Virus record (IMG/VR): IMGVR_UViG_3300025732_000016
DNA length: 64,000 bases
Origin: a virus
Lineage: Duplodnaviria > Caudoviricetes
Reading direction: 5' to 3' (one strand)
Part shown: positions 34,801 through 42,168 of the stretch, in pieces
Position numbering within the stretch: the stretch's first letter is position 1
How the letters are laid out: the number at the start of each line of letters is the position of its first letter
Position numbers and translations under genes: made by a program
The notes under the pieces: generated by a model
What the model was told of the DNA's origin: nothing
Database searches by the model: none
The model's input: the letters and a program-made list of their open reading frames with translations, nothing else

Positions 34801-37196
34801 CCCATGCCGCCGCCTGCTGCGATCAATTTGCCGATAAGAATCATGCCGCCAACCATTGCAGCTGCGGCGACAGTGAGCATTGCAGCGATGGCGAGCATCT
34901 TTGCGCCGGCCTTTGCGATGCCTGTGAGACTGATCTTTGCAAAGCCGTCAATGAAGCCACCCACTGCACCACCCGCTCCTGCTCCCATACCGGGTGGTGC
35001 AGTGGGAGCTGCCGCCTTCGAAACTGCAGCTCCAAACTTCTTCAAGATCGCGTTCTTCACGACCTCGCCGATGGCTGCCTTCACTCCGCCCGTCACGGCA
35101 CTCATGAGCCCCATCGTTATCGCAAATGTGAGATAGATGCTCATGTACTTTATGATGGTGGGGGCAAGCTTGATTAGCAGAGCCTTGAAGAGATCTCCCA
35201 TCGCCGAAGCAATCTTCGGCAGGACGTCTGCCATCGACGCAAGAATGGGGTCGAAGAAAGTCTGACCCATGGTCTTCGCTTTCCCCACCAGCTGATCTGG
35301 GTTTCTAATAAAGTCTGCAAACCTCTTGATGCCATCAGCGAGGTGCTCTCCAACGATCTTTATCCCGCCAGCTATGATCGCGCCCACAGTCACGAGAAAC
35401 TTTTTGGCCCCTTCTATGAAACCCTTTCCTGCTGAGCTGTTTCTATCAAAAATGTCCGTGAACTTCTTCTTTAGATTCTGATAGAAGTTATCGAGAGCCT
35501 TCTTTGGGTCTTTCTCGAGGTCCAAGAAAAACTTCTTGAAGACTTCTCTAAAGTCGTTGAGAGTCTTTTTGAAATTTCCACCCTTGAAGAACTCGTGCAA
35601 GGCATCGAGCATCTGCTTCACGCCCGGGAACATCTTGACGAACATGTCACCGACTTCCCTACCGAACATGCGCACGCTCCGTAGCGCGCCGCCCATATCA
35701 CGAAGAACTTGGCGCATGGGGCCTGAGCGCTTGATTCCCTCTCCCATCCCACTCAAGAATTGGTTGAAGAACCCACCGCTATACGAAAGAGCCTCAGTCA
35801 TCTTCTTGATGGCATTACCGAGCTCTTCGAACATCTCTTGTTGAGACTTCTGCTTCTTCGCGCTCTTCTCAGACTCATCGCTGAGCTGCTTGTAGGACTT
35901 GCCCATGTTCTTCGTTGAGAGAGCCTGCTCAACGATTGACTCATCAAGACCCGCAGTCTGGGCAAGGAGCTGCTTTTCTTGCCGTGTCATCTGGTCGATT
36001 GACTTGCCTGTCGCTCTGAACGAGTCGCGGAGCATCTGCAATCGCTTGCCCGGATCCTGCTCCTTCATCATCTTCATCGCATCAACTTGCATGCCGAACG
36101 CTTGAGCGAGCTTTGAAGCGTTCGTTGCTGCAGTCTCAAAGTCGTCGAATGCAGCGTTGAGGCTCTCTATCTGCTTCACCTCGAGGCCGAGCTTCTTCAC
36201 GTAAGCAGTTGTCGCTGCGACTTGGGCTGCTGAGAGCTTGCCGTACTTCACTGTATTGGTGAGCATGTACGTCATGTCTCTGGCAAATCCCTTTGTGCTG
36301 AATCCCATCTTCGCAAAGTCTTGAGAAAGTTTTTGGATCGTTCCAGCGAGATCTCCAACCTTCTGACCGCTGACGGTGGCAGCGACAACGAGACCCTTTA
36401 TGTCCTCATTGGCGAGACCCATCCCTGTCTTGAAAACGTAGAGATCTCCAGCAGCCTTGTCAAAATCTTCACCGAGGATGTTCACGACATCGCCGAGACC
36501 CTTGGCAAGATCAGCGGCTGCTTCAAAGCTTGCAGCGATGCCTTGAGGGCCGGTTCCAAAGACGCTGGCGATGGATCTCCCAGATTTTGCGAGAGCTTGA
36601 GAGATCGAAGCCTGCGCACTGATTACCTGCTTCGCTAAGCCACTGTTGAGGTCTCCGAACTCTTCACGAATTCTCTCCTTTGCTTCGAAGATTGACGTGT
36701 CACTCGCCATCTCACCCGCAGCCTCAGCCATCTTATCGAAGACTGTCAGGGGTAGCTTGAGTAAGCTGAGGCCGAGACTGAAGATCCCCTGCCCAATAGC
36801 GGTTATGCTCTTTACGAAGCCCTTTGCAATTGCAGTGGCCTTGCCAAAGCCCGATCCGAAATCATTCGCAAACTTCTTGAATGATTCCTGCGCCTCTTCG
36901 GCCGCAGTTTTCATGTTCTGCGTGGAACCCGTTGCCTTATCAAGACCGTTTACGAGGTCGTTGATTCCACCCGTTGCATTGTCGGCGGCCTTCTTAGCAG
37001 CGCCGAGGCCGGCCCGAATCTCAGCGATGCGCTCAGTGATCTTGTCGATGTCCTCACACTTCATCGCCTTGCAGAACTGTGTTGCAAGCTCTACCTGCGT
37101 TGAAATTTGAGACGTCTGTGCGTTGAGAAGCTTACTTCTCTCTGCGATCGCAGCGTTAATCTGTAGCTGGATTTTGAGGTTTTCAGCGTCTGCCAT
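31815..37196 (-). CDS. Tail tape measure protein
   Basis: 1793 aa, Ala/Gly-rich helical, hydrophobic central repeats, downstream of tube and chaperone genes. Confidence 0.88.
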   Translation of the reverse strand: MADAENLKIQLQINAAIAERSKLLNAQTSQISTQVELATQFCKAMKCEDIDKITERIAEIRAGLGAAKKAADNATGGINDLVNGLDKATGSTQNMKTAAEEAQESFKKFANDFGSGFGKATAIAKGFVKSITAIGQGIFSLGLSLLKLPLTVFDKMAEAAGEMASDTSIFEAKERIREEFGDLNSGLAKQVISAQASISQALAKSGRSIASVFGTGPQGIAASFEAAADLAKGLGDVVNILGEDFDKAAGDLYVFKTGMGLANEDIKGLVVAATVSGQKVGDLAGTIQKLSQDFAKMGFSTKGFARDMTYMLTNTVKYGKLSAAQVAATTAYVKKLGLEVKQIESLNAAFDDFETAATNASKLAQAFGMQVDAMKMMKEQDPGKRLQMLRDSFRATGKSIDQMTRQEKQLLAQTAGLDESIVEQALSTKNMGKSYKQLSDESEKSAKKQKSQQEMFEELGNAIKKMTEALSYSGGFFNQFLSGMGEGIKRSGPMRQVLRDMGGALRSVRMFGREVGDMFVKMFPGVKQMLDALHEFFKGGNFKKTLNDFREVFKKFFLDLEKDPKKALDNFYQNLKKKFTDIFDRNSSAGKGFIEGAKKFLVTVGAIIAGGIKIVGEHLADGIKRFADFIRNPDQLVGKAKTMGQTFFDPILASMADVLPKIASAMGDLFKALLIKLAPTIIKYMSIYLTFAITMGLMSAVTGGVKAAIGEVVKNAILKKFGAAVSKAAAPTAPPGMGAGAGGAVGGFIDGFAKISLTGIAKAGAKMLAIAAMLTVAAAAMVGGMILIGKLIAAGGGMGVFIEGLEALAAGILAIVGITFAAKFISPGAILKASAGMLAATLFLVPLGLFVYALNQAVQMVGPIDSNAILAFSTAAAIGIGAIAIAFGAAALAGAALMTLGGWVAVGAALLGLGLIAASLYAFGEFMGIMNQIVSSIGPIDSKSIIDFSLATAAALGSMAIAFAATIIAGGAVVFAAAAAGLLGLFGPATLWGIGKLMQALDDTVSKMPIDATAVSDYSKAVAESLGWLAIAFGAVILAGAAAVIAAAGAALLAIFGIATMGYLGLFFETLSSITSQIKIDPAAVTAFTDALNSALGDVIIAFGYTTAAGAAAVVAMVGAALLASTGVAALNMIMTFFEVGLFTTINEMKSKIKPDEVATFTKSATSALGDVINLFGYATLAGLASVGALLGAWTLSEAGVSAMKNIGKFFQEGLTPLFKMDGAQISSAGEIMAGVSSTLRQIIDSMVLLTTAGEILIANDIAGLFGLVDSPMQVGFRAIGGFLKSIEKDLVPSLKGIAGVNVPTGVDQVVGLIANLMSGMAPALEMFMKVHDSAGGWFTSSATKAENTKKMIDSLGTFIQTISKSASSTFAIIIVAANSLTVDEGLQKRFEMVAKAVDMTTKLISSFTGILSALPKIEKGKADTAASVARAFIDALNAMRSVIFGPNGMIKSITSEIPRVIDMMRGAAEKLPKDPKELAKLSKRVEVIGKIVEAIATMGSTLSELSGAIPQYDVVVGSGKDAKVIKRQMTNIKGYFATITEAIGPQLQVLANKFMAVQFTMDLKSMREQAKKIYIVMNTFKDLSQFVSGMQLKDVTTNAKKDVPRKETIEEAVTRISNAGMWVLSGMRDMSNWINRGGGAEQFAIDSSNVQAALAGVPEAYEKMTTTFDKIKPASQAIGSFTKAAQAEIVEQVRDAVVSMNELDEILKDLHIGPIDATIDRLAKNMEISKESISINHKPININLQMHVSFKAEEFTKDVFKVAGKLTKEGNFNLSTFAKKQYEEAEKSRSGR

Positions 37197-37212
37197 TTGA
37201 GTCCCTCACTAC

Positions 37213-37219
37213 TAACTAT
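37213..37219 (-). promoter_or_regulatory. Putative late promoter ATAGTTA
   Basis: 16 nt before the tape measure ATG. Confidence 0.55.
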
Positions 37220-37235
37220 GAAAGAGCGAGTGTAC

Positions 37236-37475
37236 TCAAATGTCCCAGTCCTCGCCAGTTACATTCTTGAAACGCTCTGCAGCTCTCTTCCTGCGATCGA
37301 GTGACTCTCTCAGTCTCTCAGGAGATTCTCCCCTGCGAAGGGTAGCGAGCAGGCTTCTCGATGATTCTATTGCCTCGTGAAGAGTCGCAAGGACTCTTGG
37401 AGGTCCAGAAATTTCAAGACTCTTTCTCTTACCGAGAATGTACTCAAGGATGGACTTTCTAAGCTCAGGTTCCAT
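37236..37475 (-). CDS. Hypothetical protein with capsid-targeting-like N-terminus
   Basis: MEPELRKSILEYIL; late motif 5 nt upstream. Confidence 0.7.
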   Translation of the reverse strand: MEPELRKSILEYILGKRKSLEISGPPRVLATLHEAIESSRSLLATLRRGESPERLRESLDRRKRAAERFKNVTGEDWDI

Positions 37476-37480
37476 GCAAC

Positions 37481-37487
37481 TAACTAT
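37481..37487 (-). promoter_or_regulatory. Putative late promoter (GTGA)ATAGTTA (leaderless)
   Basis: 5 nt before ATG 37475. Confidence 0.55.
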
Positions 37488-37501
37488 TCACAATGTCGTC
37501 T

Positions 37502-37768
37502 TCATGTGAAACGTCTTAATCGTGAAGGAACCTGCTCCCTTGCTCTACTTTGCAGGGATCGAACGTCAGGAGTATTATGGTGAAGAGCTCGTGACTGCCC
37601 TTCACCCTTTTCATTCGTCTTCTTGATCTCCTCGTTGATTCTCCTGATGAACCATATCCTGTACGATATGGGAATGTTGTAGCACTCCCAATAACTGAAT
37701 CCCATATAGTACATCAAGAGGAACGCCTGCTCGAGGAAGATCTCCTTATCACCCGGCGTCAGGCCAAA
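37502..37768 (-). CDS. Tail assembly chaperone T segment, probably reached by +1 frameshift from 37749..38594
   Basis: Frame open from TTT at 37768: FGLTPGDKEIFLEQAFLLMYYMGFSYWECYNIPISYRIWFIRRINEE; no well-spaced SD for its own ATG/TTG. Confidence 0.7.
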   Translation of the reverse strand, partial: FGLTPGDKEIFLEQAFLLMYYMGFSYWECYNIPISYRIWFIRRINEEIKKTNEKGEGQSRALHHNTPDVRSLQSRAREQVPSRLRRFT

Positions 37769-38594
37769 AGAAGGACGGTCCCAAAGGGATCCGCACCTCC
37801 GAGCTCTCAGAGCATGAAGGGCAGTCCATGTAAGACTTCATGTCGATTCCCGGCTCAGCCTGATCGATCATCTGTCGCATAAAGAGAGAATCCTTCGCTG
37901 GAATGCTCCTGATGAAAGAATTGATGAGATTCTTGTCGGACTTTCCATCGACCTCTACAAGGCTAAACTGCAGCCTCGTTGTCACGAGATTGTCTGCGAG
38001 ACCGCCGGCCTTCTTCTTTCTCTCCTGGATGACGAGGATCTCCTCTTCATCCGCACCCGTGAGGAACTTGAACTTGACGTTCTTCTTGGTGACTGGAAGC
38101 TGGACCTCGAAAAGATTCTGTCCAATCTCAACAGGCTGCAGATCTAGAGGCTTGAGCTCAAGCTCAGAGAGATTGAAAGTCTGCTTTGACTTGCTCTGGC
38201 AGTGCGGACACTCGATCTCAACGTTGTAATCTGATCCATAGCCGGTCACACGAAGGCCAACCATCAGTGCGTTCCTGTCACCAGAAACCATCTTCGAGAC
38301 ATCAATCCTCTTGTCAACCAGGCAGGACTTGATGAGCTCAGTGATGACAGTCCCCTTCTTAATGAGAGCTCTTGAGGTAAGAATGTCCTCCTCACGAGCA
38401 GTCATCGCTCTCACCTCGACAGTCTCCTTGCCGTGCAAGGGAGAGTCTGTCGGATACACTAGACCCCTTGACGGAAGGGGAATCGACTCCACGGGAATCT
38501 CAAAGCCGAAATCATCCTTCATTACATCGCGAGTGGGGATTCCCATGGGATGACCACCACCGAACACTTGATTACGATCGCCTCTGTCTGACAA
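37749..38594 (-). CDS. Tail assembly chaperone G / gp26-like baseplate assembly protein
   Basis: IPLPSRGLVYP, MTAREEDILTS, GDRNALM..R..GYG, two CxxC motifs, ends SFFWPDAG; between tube and tape measure. Confidence 0.8.
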   Translation of the reverse strand: MSDRGDRNQVFGGGHPMGIPTRDVMKDDFGFEIPVESIPLPSRGLVYPTDSPLHGKETVEVRAMTAREEDILTSRALIKKGTVITELIKSCLVDKRIDVSKMVSGDRNALMVGLRVTGYGSDYNVEIECPHCQSKSKQTFNLSELELKPLDLQPVEIGQNLFEVQLPVTKKNVKFKFLTGADEEEILVIQERKKKAGGLADNLVTTRLQFSLVEVDGKSDKNLINSFIRSIPAKDSLFMRQMIDQAEPGIDMKSYMDCPSCSESSEVRIPLGPSFFWPDAG

Positions 38595-38621
38595 GTAGCC
38601 TCCGGAAAGTTTGTACTTTCA

Positions 38622-38649
38622 ACTGTAGAAACTTTGAGAGGGTGTTAAA
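38622..38649 (-). promoter_or_regulatory. sigma70-type promoter TTTAAC-N16-TACAGT
   Basis: Between the tube terminator and the chaperone start. Confidence 0.45.
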
Positions 38650-38679
38650 CAAACTTGCCCCACTTTCGCGGGACAAGTT
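38644..38679 (-). terminator. Terminator with GAAA tetraloop after the tail tube gene
   Basis: AACTTG-TCCC-GC-GAAA-GT-GGGG-CAAGTT then TGTTT. Confidence 0.7.
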
Positions 38680-38694
38680 GCGCGATGCAGAGAA

Positions 38695-39183
38695 TCAGTA
38701 CTGCAGGACGCAGTTATCGAACTGCAGTGTGAGAGCGACTTCCATCGCCTCCTCAGCACCGTAATCGAGGTCGTTGAACTGCGCAGTCGCGATCTGGGCA
38801 CCCTTGATGTCCCAGAGTTCAACCACAGTTCCAACAGGATCAAGCATCTTCAGCTGGATGTCTCTCTTGTAGAAGTCGGCGTAGCCTGCGCGGCCAGAGA
38901 CCGACTCATAGTGGGTCCTCACCCACTCCATCACCTGCTGCGCACCGGAGGGCGCAATCGGGTCGTAGAGGGTGACTGCCATCGTGCTGAACTTCGCCTT
39001 ACCGGCGACGTAGCGGACCGTGTTAATCCAGTGGATTTCCGTTGCCGCCATGTCGATCTGGGGTCTTGCGGTAGTCTTCACCAAGAAAGCGTCGATGCCC
39101 TCAATGGCAAGAACCCATCGGAACTTGCGCTTGGGCTCGAACCTATTGGGAAGCATGTCGGTAACTGACAGTGTCTCGGCCAT
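38695..39183 (-). CDS. Tail tube protein (gp19-like)
   Basis: FEPKRKFRW, VTLYDPIAPSGAQQVMEWVR, FYKRDI.L..LDPVG..VE.W.IKGA, LQFDNC. Confidence 0.9.
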   Translation of the reverse strand: MAETLSVTDMLPNRFEPKRKFRWVLAIEGIDAFLVKTTARPQIDMAATEIHWINTVRYVAGKAKFSTMAVTLYDPIAPSGAQQVMEWVRTHYESVSGRAGYADFYKRDIQLKMLDPVGTVVELWDIKGAQIATAQFNDLDYGAEEAMEVALTLQFDNCVLQY

Positions 39184-39202
39184 TGTTGAACTCCTTATGC
39201 TT

Positions 39203-39209
39203 TATCTAT
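39203..39209 (-). promoter_or_regulatory. Putative late promoter ATAGATA
   Basis: 19 nt before the tube ATG; AAGGAG SD between. Confidence 0.55.
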
Positions 39210-39222
39210 ATCGATTCGAGAC

Positions 39223-42141
39223 TCAAATCTCTACGTTGGGGTTGGAAACCACGAAGTCGAGAGAGATAAACTCAACCGAGCGCGTGGGCTGGATGAAGAT
39301 CTTGCCACGAATGGTGTTATTTTCCACGTCAGCCTGTGTCGTGGTAGTTGTGTCAATCTTCACCTTGTAACGATCAACACCCTGCTGGGCTTGGATCTGC
39401 TTGAGGATGGGGTCGACAAGAGCAGAGAACCTCGCCAGCGTTGCAGCCCTGTTCGGCTCGAACAGGATGGTGTTGGCAACGGTCCTCACCCTGCGACGGA
39501 GGTCGATGAGCAGACGTCGGACATTTACACGATCAAGAGCAGAGGCTCTTGCGAGGAGTGTCTTCTGTCCGTAGACGACCGGAGTCGCAGATCCAGCAAT
39601 CGTTGTGATCGGATTGACGTCGTTGCTGTACAGGACGTCGAGATTGTCCCTATTGAGCTTCGTCTGCGTCTCAACGACTGTCGAGAGTGCGCCGCGAGTG
39701 AAGCCCGCAGGAGCAAACCATGGGTAGGCCAGCGAGTCGTTGAGACCGAAGGCTCCAAGAACCGCGACAGTGGGAGGACAGATGAGGTTTGTCTGTGTTG
39801 TTGGGTCTGTCATCACCACGTCAGGGAAGTAGGCTGCCGCGAATGAGGTGTCGAGACGCCTGTTCTTGAGGCCGTTGGCAGTGAGTGAGACAGAGACCGT
39901 GTCACCAGAACCGGTGATGACCTCATCGTTGATGTTCCTCTCCTCGATGTCCATCAGGTAGATGGCATCGAAGCGGTTCGTGACAGCATCGATTGCGTAA
40001 TCCGTGATTCCCGGCTCCCTGATGCCAGGGATTGCGAGGATCTGGATGTCAGCGAACGACTTGTCCTGTAGGATGTCGATGGCCTTCCTGTATGCCGCCA
40101 CCGTCGGACCCGCAGGGCCGAACTGCGTGGTGGTGTAGTCCATCTCTCTTGCAGCTGCATTCGTAAGGAGCTTTGCCTTGTCGCTGTTGAAGATGTTGAC
40201 ACCGTCGAACCCACCCTGGACGAAGAAGCTGAACTTGAGGAACTTCCTTGTGGTGAAGTCCGCGAAGTCAGAAGTCGGGTCAATGAATCTGGTGAAACCG
40301 GAACCGAGCGTTCCGTTCCTTGAGTAACCAGCGTTCGCCCACTTGTTCGGATCAGGATAGCCCGTGAGAGAAGATGTGTCCGTCACCTGCACTCTTGTGA
40401 GAGTGAACAGGTTGTTATTGTGAGTATCAGCGTTCGTCGAGATCCACGGGTTCGCAGAGACCGTAAAGTAGTTGCTGAAGTACTTCGTCAGCGATGACAC
40501 TGTGTTGTCAGTGTACGTGTTCTTGTTCGGCTCTGACGTTGAGTTGTTGACCTCGAACTGGACTCCCCAGTGGAAGTAGGGGGAGGCTGATGCGGCAGTT
40601 CCAGTGCCGAGAGCGAGAGAGCGTCTGAATGGAACAGGAACCTGTTTGACAGTATCCACTCTTGTCAACTGGCTGGATCCCGCTATGTTCAGGTAGTTGA
40701 TTCCGCGGAAACCCATGGGCAGTGCATTCGCTGGTACTTCCTGATTCTCAACGTCATCAGGAATCTCAAGGCGAATGTAGGATGACATGTTGCTATAGTT
40801 GCCCTCAACGACAATCTTCTGAGCTCCTGCGACTCTGTCAAAGTCGTAGTAGGTCTTCATATCGCCGATCATCTTGCCGATGTATCGCTCTGAAGCGGGA
40901 TTGATTGTGAGGCCGATGAACGATTCGAGGACCTGTGGAACGTCGTCAGTGTCGCTGAACTCTCTCACGTAGAGGTCAAAAGAGCCATACTCTGACGTGG
41001 GGTCGGTCGACGGTGTAATGTTCCTGATCGAGATCTTGAACTTCGTGTTTGCGTACGCACCGTCATCAAGAGCATGAACCTTGAAGAGGTTTACAGGAGA
41101 ACCACCGAAATCCTGTGAGATTACGTAGGGTGAGAACGCCGTCTGGAATCTGTCCTCGAATCCCTCGAAGTTTGGAGCAGTCGTTGATCCAGTGTTGAAC
41201 GCCTGTGAGCCTGTGAGAATGAAAGCAATTTCCTCGTTAGTACCAGCAACGTTTCCACCCGCTCCAGCTGTAACGACTCCTGTGCCGGTCACTGGAGCGT
41301 ATGCGCGATACACATCATATGCAGTGTAAAGATAGTGACCTGCTTGTTCGATCTTCGTTGGGTCAGTGTTGAAGATTTCCGCAAAGTAATTTGGAGCCTG
41401 CGGGTCAAAGCTTGCTGTCACTATGTTCGGATAAGTTGAAGTCGCCTTATGGCCGCTGAGGAGGAGAACAAACTCTTGAATCGCGTTAGCAGATGAATCC
41501 ACAAGCTTCACGGTTCCAGTCATGAAACCGTATGAAGTAGTAGGCTGAGTCGTCGCAGGTAGGCTGTTATTGACTCCTGAGTTACCAGAAAGAACCAGCT
41601 GGACTCCCGATGGAGCCATTACAACTGCACGGAGAACAGGAATAGCTGCTGAAGTAGTCTGCGTTCCCGCCTCTGAGAACACGGTCACTCCGCTCGACTC
41701 CGACATATAGCAACCGAGGAAGTGCGTACGACCCTTGAAGTCACCAACAAATGCGTACGGGTTATCTCCGAGGTCTCCACCAATTTGGACTTGCTGCGAG
41801 CCAACAACGAAGCCTGCATTTTCAACCTTACCTGCATTGTTACCTGCGTCAGCAGCCCTCTTCTTTGCATCACCAACACCGAGGACCTTCACGTAAGTTC
41901 CCGCTCTCGCAGTGCGGAACCACTCGTTCATCGCCAGTGGACCGAACTTCTCTCCGTCCGTCGGACCAAACTTGTTGACGAAGTCTGCGAAGCTTGCTAC
42001 GGTGACCGGCACAAATGCGGGGCCTCGCAGTGAAGTACCGATTACGCCCGCCGGTACGCCTTGTGGCGCGGCCTGCGTTGGACCAGAGAGGTCAATCTCT
42101 CTGGTTCCTACACCGGGACTCTTGAAAGTAAGTTCTGCCAT
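39223..42141 (-). CDS. Tail sheath protein, copy 2 (gp18-like)
   Basis: SPGV..REID, PWFAPAGFTRG, VYGQKTL...LDRVNVRRLL, LFEPN, IFIQPTRSVEFI. Confidence 0.92.
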   Translation of the reverse strand: MAELTFKSPGVGTREIDLSGPTQAAPQGVPAGVIGTSLRGPAFVPVTVASFADFVNKFGPTDGEKFGPLAMNEWFRTARAGTYVKVLGVGDAKKRAADAGNNAGKVENAGFVVGSQQVQIGGDLGDNPYAFVGDFKGRTHFLGCYMSESSGVTVFSEAGTQTTSAAIPVLRAVVMAPSGVQLVLSGNSGVNNSLPATTQPTTSYGFMTGTVKLVDSSANAIQEFVLLLSGHKATSTYPNIVTASFDPQAPNYFAEIFNTDPTKIEQAGHYLYTAYDVYRAYAPVTGTGVVTAGAGGNVAGTNEEIAFILTGSQAFNTGSTTAPNFEGFEDRFQTAFSPYVISQDFGGSPVNLFKVHALDDGAYANTKFKISIRNITPSTDPTSEYGSFDLYVREFSDTDDVPQVLESFIGLTINPASERYIGKMIGDMKTYYDFDRVAGAQKIVVEGNYSNMSSYIRLEIPDDVENQEVPANALPMGFRGINYLNIAGSSQLTRVDTVKQVPVPFRRSLALGTGTAASASPYFHWGVQFEVNNSTSEPNKNTYTDNTVSSLTKYFSNYFTVSANPWISTNADTHNNNLFTLTRVQVTDTSSLTGYPDPNKWANAGYSRNGTLGSGFTRFIDPTSDFADFTTRKFLKFSFFVQGGFDGVNIFNSDKAKLLTNAAAREMDYTTTQFGPAGPTVAAYRKAIDILQDKSFADIQILAIPGIREPGITDYAIDAVTNRFDAIYLMDIEERNINDEVITGSGDTVSVSLTANGLKNRRLDTSFAAAYFPDVVMTDPTTQTNLICPPTVAVLGAFGLNDSLAYPWFAPAGFTRGALSTVVETQTKLNRDNLDVLYSNDVNPITTIAGSATPVVYGQKTLLARASALDRVNVRRLLIDLRRRVRTVANTILFEPNRAATLARFSALVDPILKQIQAQQGVDRYKVKIDTTTTTQADVENNTIRGKIFIQPTRSVEFISLDFVVSNPNVEI

Positions 42142-42161
42142 GGGTGCTCCTTATCTCTCTC

Positions 42162-42168
42162 TAAGTAT
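42162..42168 (-). promoter_or_regulatory. Putative late promoter ATACTTA
   Basis: 20 nt before sheath-2 ATG, overlapping the sheath-1 stop. Confidence 0.55.
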
